From contig CAYURQ010000001.1 of the NCBI GenBank assembly GCA_964447315.1, positions 27,351 to 91,350 on the forward strand: a DNA stretch of 64,000 nucleotides, read 5' to 3'. A program made the position numbers and the translations under genes. Shown piece after piece: positions 10,399 through 19,787 of the stretch (position 1 is the first letter of the stretch; every line of letters starts with the position of its first letter). The DNA is from Candidatus Woesearchaeota archaeon. Lineage in GTDB: Archaea; Nanobdellota; Nanobdellia; Pacearchaeales; GW2011-AR1. The notes under the pieces were generated by a model. It was given only the letters and a program-made list of their open reading frames with translations. It made no database searches and was not told the origin of the DNA.

Positions 10399-12558
10399 AT
10401 GGCTGAAAAAGTTGATTTTGTGAAATTAATGAAAAATCAAAATAGGATTAGAAATATAGCTATTGCTGCTCATATTGACCATGGTAAAACTACTTTCTCT
10501 GATAATTTGCTTGCTGGTGCTGGAATGCTTTCAGAAGAAACAGCTGGAAAGCAAAGAGCTTTAGATTTTCACGAAGATGAAGCTTCAAGAGGCATTACTA
10601 TTGATAGTGCAAGTGTTTCAATGTTGCATAATGTTGGAGGTCAGGAATATTTAATTAATTTAATTGACACTCCAGGACATGTTGATTTTGGAGGAGATGT
10701 TACAAGAGCTATGCGTGCTGTTGATGGATGTGTTATTTTAACATGTGCTGTTGAAGGAGTTATGCCTCAAACAGAAACAGTTGTGAGACAAGCTTTAAAA
10801 GAGCTGGTTAAACCAGTTTTATTTATCAATAAAGTTGATAGATTAATCAAAGAAGTTAAGTTAACTCCAGAAGAAATGCAAAAGAAGTTTATTGGAATTA
10901 TTGAACATGTTAATAGATTAATAGAGCAAATTGCACCAGAGGGATATAAAGAAAAATGGAAAGTAGGGGTTGGTGAAGGAACAGTAGCGTTTGGAAGTGC
11001 TTTTCATAACTGGGCTTTAAGTTTTGAGTACATGCAAGAAAAAGGAATTTCATTCAAAGATGTTATTGATGCTTATGAAAATGATAATTATAAGGAATTA
11101 GCTAAAAAAGCTCCTTTACATGAAGTTGTTTTAGGAATGTCTATTAAACATCACCCAGATCCAAAAACAGCTCAAAAGTATAGAATTCCAAAGATTTGGT
11201 ACGGGGATTCAGAAAGTGATATTGGAAAGGATTTGGTTAATTGTGATCCAAGCGGAGAACCTGTATTTGTTCCCACTAAAATTGTTGTTGATAAGCATGC
11301 TGGTGAAATTGCAGCAGGTAGATTATTTTCAGGAACAATTAAACAAGGAGATGAAGTGATGCTAATTCAGCATGGTACAAAAACAAGGGTTCAGCAAGTT
11401 TCTGTTTACAAAGGAGCTCAAAGAATTGTTTTAGATAGTGTTTCAGCTGGTAATATTGTTGGAATTGTTGGTTTAAGAGATATTGTTGCAGGAGAGACTG
11501 TTTCAAAAAATGAAATGGAACCTTTTGAAGCTATAACTCATTTATTTGACCCTGTTGTTACTAAATCAATTGAAGCTACAAAAGCAGCTGATTTGCCAAA
11601 ATTAATTGAAGTTTTAAGACAAGTTGGTAAAGAAGATCCTTCTATTAAAGTTCAAATTAATGATCAAACAGGTGAAAGTTTAATTTCTGGTATGGGTGAA
11701 TTACATTTAGAAATTATTGAAAATAGAATTAAAACAGAAAAAGGACTAGAAGTTAAAACTTCTCCTCCAATTATTGTTTATAGAGAAACAGTTACTAAAG
11801 AATCAAATGCTTCAGAAGGAAGAAGCCCTAATAAGCACAATATTTTTTACATGAAAGTTGAACCATTAGAAGATGAATTGTATCATGCTATTCATGAGGG
11901 AGTTTTACCTGAAGGACGTGTTAAGAAAAAAAGTCAAGCTGTTATTGATGGGCTAACAAATATGGATTGGTCAAGTGATGAAATTAGAAATGTTAAAGAT
12001 ATTTACAAAGGCAATATGTTTTTAGATGAAACTCGTGGAGAAGTTCATATTGGTGAAGTTATTGAAATGGTTATGGATGCTTTTGAAATGGTTATGGATG
12101 AAGGTCCTTTGGCAAGAGAACCATGTATGAAAATGAAAGTTACTCTTGTTGATATTAGGTTGCATGAAGATGCTATTCATAGAGGTCCTGCTCAAGTTTA
12201 TCCTGCTGTGAGAGATGCTGTTAAGCAATCAATGGCTAAAGCTGGTCCAGCTATTTTTGAACCATTACAGGTTCATGTCATTGAATGTCCTGATGAATTT
12301 ATGGGAACAATCACTAAATTAGTTGGAAGTAAGAGAGGACAAATGCTTGATATGGGGCAAGAAGGTTCATTATCACAGATTAAAGCTAAACTTCCAGTAG
12401 CTGAAATGATTGGATGGAGTAATGATTTAAGAAGTGCTACTGAAGGACGTGGGACAAGCTCAATCTTAGAACAGGAATTTGAAAGAGTTCCTCAATCATT
12501 ACAAGACGGAATTATCCAAAAGATTAGAGATAGAAAAGGTTTAGCTGAAAACCAGTAA
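10399..12558 (+). CDS. fusA: translation elongation factor 2 (aEF-2)
   Basis: GTPase motifs 'AHIDHGKTT', 'DTPGHVDF', 'NKVD' and the diphthamide-loop 'HEDAIHRGPAQ'. Confidence 0.97.
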   Translation: MAEKVDFVKLMKNQNRIRNIAIAAHIDHGKTTFSDNLLAGAGMLSEETAGKQRALDFHEDEASRGITIDSASVSMLHNVGGQEYLINLIDTPGHVDFGGDVTRAMRAVDGCVILTCAVEGVMPQTETVVRQALKELVKPVLFINKVDRLIKEVKLTPEEMQKKFIGIIEHVNRLIEQIAPEGYKEKWKVGVGEGTVAFGSAFHNWALSFEYMQEKGISFKDVIDAYENDNYKELAKKAPLHEVVLGMSIKHHPDPKTAQKYRIPKIWYGDSESDIGKDLVNCDPSGEPVFVPTKIVVDKHAGEIAAGRLFSGTIKQGDEVMLIQHGTKTRVQQVSVYKGAQRIVLDSVSAGNIVGIVGLRDIVAGETVSKNEMEPFEAITHLFDPVVTKSIEATKAADLPKLIEVLRQVGKEDPSIKVQINDQTGESLISGMGELHLEIIENRIKTEKGLEVKTSPPIIVYRETVTKESNASEGRSPNKHNIFYMKVEPLEDELYHAIHEGVLPEGRVKKKSQAVIDGLTNMDWSSDEIRNVKDIYKGNMFLDETRGEVHIGEVIEMVMDAFEMVMDEGPLAREPCMKMKVTLVDIRLHEDAIHRGPAQVYPAVRDAVKQSMAKAGPAIFEPLQVHVIECPDEFMGTITKLVGSKRGQMLDMGQEGSLSQIKAKLPVAEMIGWSNDLRSATEGRGTSSILEQEFERVPQSLQDGIIQKIRDRKGLAENQ

Positions 12559-12587
12559 TTTCAATAAAATTCTAAAAATCAATTAAA

Positions 12588-12872
12588 ATGACTAATGAAA
12601 AATATTTAAACCATGTAACTGAAGCAAAATTAGTTGATACTTTGGAACATATTCAAGATCTTGAAGGAATCTTTTTGGATAATGGGAATCCTATTGATGG
12701 ATTTTTGTTGCTAAAGGAGTATTATGATTATATTGATTCTGGAAAAGAGGATTCTCTTTATGTCCACTTTTATGAAAGAATAAACGACATCATAAATTAT
12801 CTTTCTAGAAAAAAACATCACAGACCAAAATTATTGAGGAATTTCAATGAATATTGGAAGAAAAAAGATTAA
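12588..12872 (+). CDS. hypothetical protein (94 aa)
   Basis: Intact ORF, no motif. Confidence 0.35.
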   Translation: MTNEKYLNHVTEAKLVDTLEHIQDLEGIFLDNGNPIDGFLLLKEYYDYIDSGKEDSLYVHFYERINDIINYLSRKKHHRPKLLRNFNEYWKKKD

Positions 12873-12983
12873 TCAATCTTAGGGTCCCAATCATTATCCT
12901 CTAAAGTCTTTCACAAAGGTGGAAAAACCCAATATATAATAAATATTGATAATCTTTTTATACATCAGATTTTTTTTCTTGAT

Positions 12984-13247
12984 ATGAATGATGAAAGCAA
13001 ACTTGAAAAAGCTCTTAAAAAAATTAGTGAAAAAAGGGATTTGCTTTTAGAAGATTTTTCAAAAAAACGAGCTAGAAAATTAAGAAAAAAACTTCAAAAT
13101 TATGTTAATGATTTTAATATTCAAATGGATTTAAATGATATAAAAAAATATACTTCAGAGATATATAATCTAGAAAAATATATTGCACAAGAGACAACAA
13201 AACAACAAGCCATAAAATATTATGACAAAATGAACAATAATTCTTAA
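12984..13247 (+). CDS. hypothetical protein (87 aa), predicted helical and charged
   Basis: Intact ORF, Lys/Glu-rich, no motif. Confidence 0.35.
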   Translation: MNDESKLEKALKKISEKRDLLLEDFSKKRARKLRKKLQNYVNDFNIQMDLNDIKKYTSEIYNLEKYIAQETTKQQAIKYYDKMNNNS

Positions 13248-13270
13248 AAACCCATAAATTATACAATTTC

Positions 13271-13555
13271 ATGAAAAAGGAATATACTTTTAAAGAGTTA
13301 GAAGATTTTAATAAATTAGAGAATTATTTAAAAATTTTTCCTATGTTACAACAAAATTTTCTTAGAGACCCTAATGTTAAGAATGCAAGCATTTTTTCTA
13401 AAATATTAAATGAATATGAAAAAGTAGGTAGTCCTTATTTTAGTGAATTTGAAAATTCTTGGATTGACAAAATGCATGAAGGTATTAGAGATTATTTCAT
13501 GGATAAAATAAATACAAAATACTTAGGGATTTTTTGGGATGAAAGTGAATTATAA
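13271..13555 (+). CDS. hypothetical protein (94 aa)
   Basis: Intact ORF, no motif. Confidence 0.35.
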   Translation: MKKEYTFKELEDFNKLENYLKIFPMLQQNFLRDPNVKNASIFSKILNEYEKVGSPYFSEFENSWIDKMHEGIRDYFMDKINTKYLGIFWDESEL

Positions 13556-13590
13556 ATAAATTTTAAATACTTTAATAATAATATATTTTA

Positions 13591-13884
13591 ATGGAAGATT
13601 ATAAAGAATCTAACTTGAGGAAAGAAGTTATTAATTCTAAAAAAGCTTCTAAATTATCTGAAACAATTCATAAAAATATGCCTTCTGAAATTCGTGCTGA
13701 AGAAGCTATTAGACATTATAAAAGATATAAAAAAGCTACAAATAAATACATTAACAAAAAAATAAGATATTTGAGAAGATGTATAGCAGCAAAATATTTG
13801 CCTTGGACTGATTTATATCAAACAAGACACCCTAAACATCCAACTCCAAAAATTGAAAATGACTTAGAGTCTAAATTAGATTAA
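13591..13884 (+). CDS. hypothetical basic protein (97 aa)
   Basis: Intact ORF, Lys/Arg-rich, no motif. Confidence 0.35.
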   Translation: MEDYKESNLRKEVINSKKASKLSETIHKNMPSEIRAEEAIRHYKRYKKATNKYINKKIRYLRRCIAAKYLPWTDLYQTRHPKHPTPKIENDLESKLD

Positions 13885-13897
13885 TTTTTTTTAATCA

Positions 13898-14710
13898 TTA
13901 TATGAAAAAACTTGCAATCATTAACAGTGCAAAAATTAAAACAAACCATCCGAAATTAATCTTCTTTGAAAGTTTTATCAAAACATGAATTGTCAGTAAA
14001 CCAAAAATAAAACTTGTTATTAAAGATATTACTGAAAAAGCAGTAAAACTAAAGTCTGGTACGTTGAGAATTATATTTCCAAAGAAAACAATTGGAAGAC
14101 TCATTAAGAAACTCAAACGCAAGGCTGTTGTATCATTAAATTTACGGAGCATTAATGTTGAAACAGTTATTCCTGAACGTGAGAGTCCTGGTAGTGATGA
14201 AAGTCCCTGAGCAAAACCAAGCAATATTCCGTCGCTGAGTGTTAGATGTTTAATAGAACGTAATTTTGAATCATGATTTTTTTTAATTTTTAATTGCAAC
14301 AATCCTGTTATTAATAACAAGATTCCTACTGCAAGTGAAATAACTTTTCCTGTTACTGAAAATTTATCTTGATACATTCCTAGTCCTGTAATTAAAATAA
14401 ATCCAAGAATTCCTGATATTATTGTTGAGATAATTAAAAATTTTAATGTCTTTTTTGTTGGCTTATCAGACTTTTTATATTGGAATAAGGAAATAAATAA
14501 ATGTGCTACGTCTTTTCTAAAGTAAATTAATGCTGCAAAAAAAGTACCTAAGTGCAACCATAAAATATTTTGAATTATAACACTTAAGTCAGTTATTTGA
14601 AAAAAGTTTGCAAATACTAAAGCTAGAAAACCACTTGAGCTTATTGGAATCCATTCTGTGATTCCTTGAATAATTCCTACGAGAATTTGCTGCAGTATTG
14701 TTAAGTCCAT
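13898..14710 (-). CDS. uppP: undecaprenyl-diphosphate phosphatase (BacA/UppP family)
   Basis: 'GIIQGITEWIPISSSG' and 'LPGLSRSGITVS' are signature motifs. Polytopic membrane protein. Confidence 0.9.
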   Translation of the reverse strand: MDLTILQQILVGIIQGITEWIPISSSGFLALVFANFFQITDLSVIIQNILWLHLGTFFAALIYFRKDVAHLFISLFQYKKSDKPTKKTLKFLIISTIISGILGFILITGLGMYQDKFSVTGKVISLAVGILLLITGLLQLKIKKNHDSKLRSIKHLTLSDGILLGFAQGLSSLPGLSRSGITVSTLMLRKFNDTTALRLSFLMSLPIVFFGNIILNVPDFSFTAFSVISLITSFIFGLLTIHVLIKLSKKINFGWFVLIFALLMIASFFI

Positions 14711-14789
14711 AAATGCATTAATAAAAGAGGGATTAAATAATTATTGTCTTTAACATAATAATTATTAAATACTTGAAAAAATTAATTCA

Positions 14790-15032
14790 ATGATGAGTGA
14801 TGGAATATCAGAAGCATGGAGAGATAATGATTTATCTAAAATATATGAAAAAATAAGAAATATTGAAGATAAATTCAAGGAAAATGAATCTATTGATTTA
14901 GCTGAAGAAATTTTAAAAGAATTTGATGTTTTAAAGAGAATGAGAAGAGGATATTGGAAAACAATCAATCATAAAGCAATTGACGAGAAAATTTCTTATT
15001 ATAAAGAATATATAATTAAATATCGAATATAA
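14790..15032 (+). CDS. hypothetical protein (80 aa)
   Basis: Intact ORF. The antisense ORF 14765..14968 is judged spurious. Confidence 0.35.
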   Translation: MMSDGISEAWRDNDLSKIYEKIRNIEDKFKENESIDLAEEILKEFDVLKRMRRGYWKTINHKAIDEKISYYKEYIIKYRI

Positions 15033-15150
15033 AATAAAATAAAAATAATTATAAGACTATTTTCTAGGTTATAGAAAAGTTTATAAACTCAAATTTTTTA
15101 ACATAATCACTTAAACAAATCTAATTTAAGATTAAAAATATTAAGATAAA

Positions 15151-16437
15151 ATGGCAAAGGAAAAACCAAGCATGAATGTTGTGTTCGTTGGACACGTTGA
15201 CGCAGGAAAATCTACTTGTGTAGGTAGAATGTTTTTTGATGGTGGCGGTGTTTCAGAACAGGAAATGAAAAAACTTAAAGATGAAGCTGAAAAGCATGGT
15301 AAAGCTGGATTTGAATTTGCTTATGTAATGGATAATATTAAAGAAGAAAGAGAAAGAGGAGTTACTATTGATTTATCTTATAAGAAATTAGTTACTAATA
15401 AATTTGAAATCACAATTATTGATGCACCTGGTCACAAAGACTTTGTTAAGAATATGATTACTGGTGCTTCACAAGCTGATGCTGCTTTCTTAGTGATTGC
15501 TGCTCCTTCAGGAGTTCAACCACAAACCACTGAACATTTATGGTTATTAAGAACAATGGGTGTTAAGAACATTTCAGTTGCTATTAATAAAATGGATGCA
15601 GTTGACTATGATGAAGCTAAATTCAATAAAGTTAAAGAAGATGTTTCTACATTATTAAAACAAGTTGGAATTAACCCAGAAACTACACCTTTTTTAGCAG
15701 TTAGTGGATTAATGGGAGATAATGTTTTCAAGAAATCAGAGAAAATGCCTTGGTACAAAGGATCTACAATTCAAGAGCAAATTGATTCATTCCCAGCTCC
15801 TGAATTACCAACTAACTTACCTATGAGAATGCCTGTTCAAGATGTTTATGATATTACTGGAATTGGAACTGTTCCTGTAGGAAAGATTGAAACTGGTATT
15901 ATGAAAGTAGGACAAAAAGTTGTTGTTTTACCAGGTAGAACAGGAACTGGAATTTCTGGAGAAGTTAAAACTATTGAAGCTCACCATGAAACTTTAAAAG
16001 AAGCACCTGCTGGAGAAAATGTAGGGATTAATGTTAGAGGGGTTGGTAAAAAAGATATTACAAGAGGAGATGTTATTTGCGAAGCAAGTACACCAATACC
16101 AATTGTAGAAGAATTTATTGCTCAAATTGCAGTAATCAATCACCCAACTGTATTAGCTAAAGGATATACACCTGTATTCCATGTACACACAGCTCAGGTT
16201 CCTTGCCAATTCATTGAATTACTTGAACAAATTGATCCTAAGACTGGACAAGTTATTAAAGAAAATCCAGATTTCTTAAAGAACGGAGACGTAGCAAAAG
16301 TAAGAATTAAACCTGCTGGAAACTTATGTTTAGAAACAACTAAAGACAACCCATACATGGGAAGATTTGCAGTAAGAGATGCTGGTGCTACTGTTGCTGC
16401 TGGTATGTGCTTGGAAATTACCAAGAAAAAGAACTAA
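15151..16437 (+). CDS. tuf: translation elongation factor 1-alpha (aEF-1A)
   Basis: 'GHVDAGKST', 'DAPGHKDF', 'NKMD' and overall EF-1A architecture. A BRE/TATA-like 'agaaaagtttataaac' lies at 15074-15088. Confidence 0.97.
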   Translation: MAKEKPSMNVVFVGHVDAGKSTCVGRMFFDGGGVSEQEMKKLKDEAEKHGKAGFEFAYVMDNIKEERERGVTIDLSYKKLVTNKFEITIIDAPGHKDFVKNMITGASQADAAFLVIAAPSGVQPQTTEHLWLLRTMGVKNISVAINKMDAVDYDEAKFNKVKEDVSTLLKQVGINPETTPFLAVSGLMGDNVFKKSEKMPWYKGSTIQEQIDSFPAPELPTNLPMRMPVQDVYDITGIGTVPVGKIETGIMKVGQKVVVLPGRTGTGISGEVKTIEAHHETLKEAPAGENVGINVRGVGKKDITRGDVICEASTPIPIVEEFIAQIAVINHPTVLAKGYTPVFHVHTAQVPCQFIELLEQIDPKTGQVIKENPDFLKNGDVAKVRIKPAGNLCLETTKDNPYMGRFAVRDAGATVAAGMCLEITKKKN

Positions 16438-16489
16438 AATTCTTGTATTCTAGATATTACTCAAATTATTTAGTGAATGTTTTTTTCTC

Positions 16490-16510
16490 AATAGTAAAAA
16501 TATTGTGAAA
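16490..16510 (+). promoter_or_regulatory. 21-nt exact repeat 'aatagtaaaaatattgtgaaa', copy 1, just upstream of a TATA box
   Basis: Identical 21-mer at 16883..16903. Both copies sit just 5' of the TATA-like boxes of consecutive small genes. Confidence 0.35.
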
Positions 16511-16551
16511 TAATTAGTTAGTTTTAAAAATAGATTATTTCTTTGGTTTTT

Positions 16552-16863
16552 ATGTTTAAATTGAAACAAACACAAACTCATATTGGAAAGTTTATTTGCA
16601 AACATAGTGAAAATACAACTCCTACATGGATTCAAGAAAATGAGAAAGTTATCCCTGCTAAAAAAATGGAAGTTTATTTTATGAAAGACTCTAAAGGCAT
16701 GGATCTTATCAAAATTACTGATTTTTTAACAACAGAAGAAGATGGGATGGATTATGGCAAATTAAATGCTGCAATAGATAAATATTATGAAAGGTATGAT
16801 GGACAGAGGCTTCGTAGATGTCAGGTTTATGATAGTAATTTAGAAAAAGTTTTTTCAATGTAA
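16552..16863 (+). CDS. hypothetical protein (start moved from TTG 16543 to ATG 16552)
   Basis: The TATA-like 'gttttaaaaata' at 16521-16532 is about 26 nt upstream of ATG 16552. Confidence 0.4.
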   Translation: MFKLKQTQTHIGKFICKHSENTTPTWIQENEKVIPAKKMEVYFMKDSKGMDLIKITDFLTTEEDGMDYGKLNAAIDKYYERYDGQRLRRCQVYDSNLEKVFSM

Positions 16864-16882
16864 TATCTTAAAAATAATTCTT

Positions 16883-16903
16883 AATAGTAAAAATATTGTG
16901 AAA
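16883..16903 (+). promoter_or_regulatory. 21-nt exact repeat 'aatagtaaaaatattgtgaaa', copy 2
   Basis: It sits immediately 5' of the TATA-like 'gacttataaac' (16905-16915), which is 28 nt before ATG 16938. Confidence 0.35.
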
Positions 16904-16937
16904 AGACTTATAAACTGAATTCAATAGTAAACTTATT

Positions 16938-17324
16938 ATGAAGAAAAAAATTGAGGTAAATATTGAAAAGTATTCTGATGTTTATTTTGAAAATGTTCAA
17001 GATAGTGAATCAAGAGCTTATGAAAAAAACAAGAATATAGAAAACAATAAAGGAAAACCTTATTTTGGATATCAGATAACAATAAACTCTTCTAATCCTC
17101 AAATATTTGCTAGAAACTACATTGAAAAAATTAATGGACATTATATTTTTAAAGAAGGTGGTAATTTTAAAGAATCTAAAAATATTGATATTGCTCACAC
17201 TCTTGAAGAGGCATATAAAAAAGCATATGAACATATTTCTAAAAAACCAAAAGAAAAAATTGAAAAAATGATGGATGATTGTGGTCTTGAAAAAATAATT
17301 CATGATAAAGAATCTTATTATTAA
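16938..17324 (+). CDS. hypothetical protein (128 aa)
   Basis: Intact ORF with a well-placed promoter. The antisense ORF 17010..17303 is judged spurious. Confidence 0.4.
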   Translation: MKKKIEVNIEKYSDVYFENVQDSESRAYEKNKNIENNKGKPYFGYQITINSSNPQIFARNYIEKINGHYIFKEGGNFKESKNIDIAHTLEEAYKKAYEHISKKPKEKIEKMMDDCGLEKIIHDKESYY

Positions 17325-17365
17325 ATTATAATAATCCTTATAAAGGGATATTTAGTTTTAAAAAA

Positions 17366-17656
17366 ATGGAAAACAACAATAGTAAAGAAAGTAATTTATA
17401 TGATAAGTTTAAAGTTGATTATGTTGTTAGCATTAGATCAAATGGAACAAAGGAAAAATTAAAGGAATCTGCTATTTTTGCTTGTGATAATATAAATAAA
17501 GTTTCTAATTTCATGAGAAAAATGTTGGGAGATGATTTAATTAAATTTCACATTAATAGAGTAAGTGAAAAATCATATTATAAAGGAGTTTTAAGAGATA
17601 CAAGTGGAAAAATCCCTTTTTATAGTGGGAATGAATTTGAACATTATTGCAGATAA
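17366..17656 (+). CDS. hypothetical protein (96 aa)
   Basis: TATA-like 'ccttataaagg' at 17336-17346 is about 25 nt before the ATG. Confidence 0.4.
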   Translation: MENNNSKESNLYDKFKVDYVVSIRSNGTKEKLKESAIFACDNINKVSNFMRKMLGDDLIKFHINRVSEKSYYKGVLRDTSGKIPFYSGNEFEHYCR

Positions 17657-17688
17657 ATACTTAAAAACAATAAAATACTGTTTCAATA

Positions 17689-18243
17689 ATGTTATCTAAA
17701 GACATGTCAAAAGGGGAGATAGATAGAGAATTAGATGGAAAAGGGGATTATATTCAGATAGATTTGTTGAATAAATTTATTGAAGATAAGCCATCTATTT
17801 TAATGAAAAGATATGCTTATACTAAACTAGCTCAGATTTATCAAAGCAAAAAAATGTTTAAAGATGCTGCAAAAAATTATGAACATTTGGCTGTTTTATC
17901 TGTTGCATTTACTGACAAAGTAAAGTATTTTCTTATTGCAGCTGAATTTTATATAAAAGATGGGTCTTTTGAAGAAGCAGATTATTCAACTAAAAAAGCT
18001 ATGCAAGAAGGTAATTCTTATGAAAGTGGAGAAATTTATCATTCAATTAAACATACTTATAAAAAACAAGCCCAAGAATATGAATCTCAAGGAAAATGGA
18101 GTAAGTCAAGCCTTATTTATGAAAAATTACTTTCAATGAAAATAACTGAACAAGAAGAAAAAGATTTCAGAGCAAAACTTTTAGATATATATGAAAAACT
18201 TGGTAAATTTAAAGAGTATAAAATTTTAGATGAGAAAAAGTAA
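17689..18243 (+). CDS. hypothetical protein with TPR-like helical repeats
   Basis: Repeated 'A..Y......F.DAAKNYE..A'-type helical-hairpin pattern. TATA-like box at 17657-17668 is 26 nt before the ATG. Confidence 0.4.
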   Translation: MLSKDMSKGEIDRELDGKGDYIQIDLLNKFIEDKPSILMKRYAYTKLAQIYQSKKMFKDAAKNYEHLAVLSVAFTDKVKYFLIAAEFYIKDGSFEEADYSTKKAMQEGNSYESGEIYHSIKHTYKKQAQEYESQGKWSKSSLIYEKLLSMKITEQEEKDFRAKLLDIYEKLGKFKEYKILDEKK

Positions 18244-18514
18244 TTTAACTTCTAGTGTTATTTGGATTTAAATCTTTGGAAAATAAATTAATAAATTAAA
18301 AGAAACCTTTAAATAGGTATTTTATCTTTTTTAAGATAGTTAGAAGAATATCATTAGATTTTAATGTTTATTACTAATACACATCATATTCACATAAAGC
18401 AAAAAACCTAGATATTTTGGGAATTTTGTAAAAGAAAGTAAGTATTTTGATATTTTTCTAAGAAGTAAAATCATAAGATTTTACTGCAATTAAATATAAT
18501 AAGGAGAAACTAAA

Positions 18515-19693
18515 ATGGCTAAAGTAAGTCCAGTATCAATTAAATATATGATACATGCTAATTTCTCAGCTGAAGGTGCTTTAGAAAAACCTGATGTAAT
18601 CGGAGCTTTATTCGGACAAACAGAAGGTCTATTGGGCGCAGATTTAGAAATGCGTGAATTGCAGAAAGAAGGAAAAATTGGTAGGATTGAAGTTGAATTA
18701 GAAAGAAATGGTAAAAAAACAGTTGGAGTAATAAAAATTCCTACTGCTTTAGATCAATCTGAAACTACTTTAATTGCTGCTGCAATTGAAACTATTGAAA
18801 GAATTGGGCCTAGTGACTCTCAAATAGAAATTGAAAAGATTGAAGATGTCAGAGGAAGTAAAAGAGATTATATCTTGGAAAGAGCTAAAAAACTTATGAA
18901 AGATGTTCATGGTTCTGCTGATTCCAGAGATATTTCAAATCAGATAAAAGATTCTTCTAGAACTTCAATGATTGAAAAATACGGTAAAGAAGAACTTCCT
19001 TGTGGAAATTTATCAGGTGGAGAAGTAATAGTTGTTGAAGGCAGAGCAGATGTTGTTAACTTGTTGAAAGCAGGAGTAAATAATGTTATTGCTATGAATG
19101 GTACAAAACTTCCAGATGCTATCAAAGAATTAGGTAGGAATAAAGAGCTTACTCTTTTTGTTGATGGAGACCGTGGAGGTAAATTAATCATTCAAAATGC
19201 TACTGATAATGCAAATATTGCTTATATTGCTATTGCACCAGATGGAAAAGAAGTTGAAGAATTAACAGGAAAAGAGATTCTTATGAATTTAAGAAAAAAA
19301 GTTACTGTTAAGGAATTCTTCAGGAATGATTCAAGAAATAACTCTAGATATTCTTATCACCAAGAGAAAATATCTAAAGATGAATTAGATGAGGTTATTG
19401 AAGAAATTAAGATTGATGAAACTGAAAAAGTAAAGCTTAAAGGAATTTCAGATAAAATATCTGGAACTGGTAAAGCACTGCTTTTAGATTCAAATTTAGA
19501 AGAATACAAATCAACTTCTGCCCGAAGCATTTCAGGTTTATTGAGAAAACTTGATAAAAAACCAGTGGTAATTGTAATGGATGGAAGTGTTACATCTGGA
19601 ATAATTTCAGCTGCAGAAGAAGTAAAGTGTCAAGTTATTGTTGCAAATAATTTTAGTGCAACAAGTCCAAATATTCAGTTATTAAGTCTTTAA
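18515..19693 (+). CDS. dnaG: archaeal DnaG-like primase (Toprim domain)
   Basis: N-terminus 'IKYMIHANFSAEGALEKPDVIGALFGQTEGLLG..LE.RELQK.GKIGRIEV' is the archaeal DnaG hallmark. Toprim blocks 'VVEGRADV' and 'FVDGDRGG' are present. An 'aaggag' precedes the ATG. Confidence 0.9.
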   Translation: MAKVSPVSIKYMIHANFSAEGALEKPDVIGALFGQTEGLLGADLEMRELQKEGKIGRIEVELERNGKKTVGVIKIPTALDQSETTLIAAAIETIERIGPSDSQIEIEKIEDVRGSKRDYILERAKKLMKDVHGSADSRDISNQIKDSSRTSMIEKYGKEELPCGNLSGGEVIVVEGRADVVNLLKAGVNNVIAMNGTKLPDAIKELGRNKELTLFVDGDRGGKLIIQNATDNANIAYIAIAPDGKEVEELTGKEILMNLRKKVTVKEFFRNDSRNNSRYSYHQEKISKDELDEVIEEIKIDETEKVKLKGISDKISGTGKALLLDSNLEEYKSTSARSISGLLRKLDKKPVVIVMDGSVTSGIISAAEEVKCQVIVANNFSATSPNIQLLSL

Positions 19694-19787
19694 TTTAAAT
19701 TAAAGGCTTAATTTTTTATTTTTTATTATTGTTATTATTTATTAGTTACAACATATAGAAAGATTTTTAAAGTAAAATTAATTGTAA

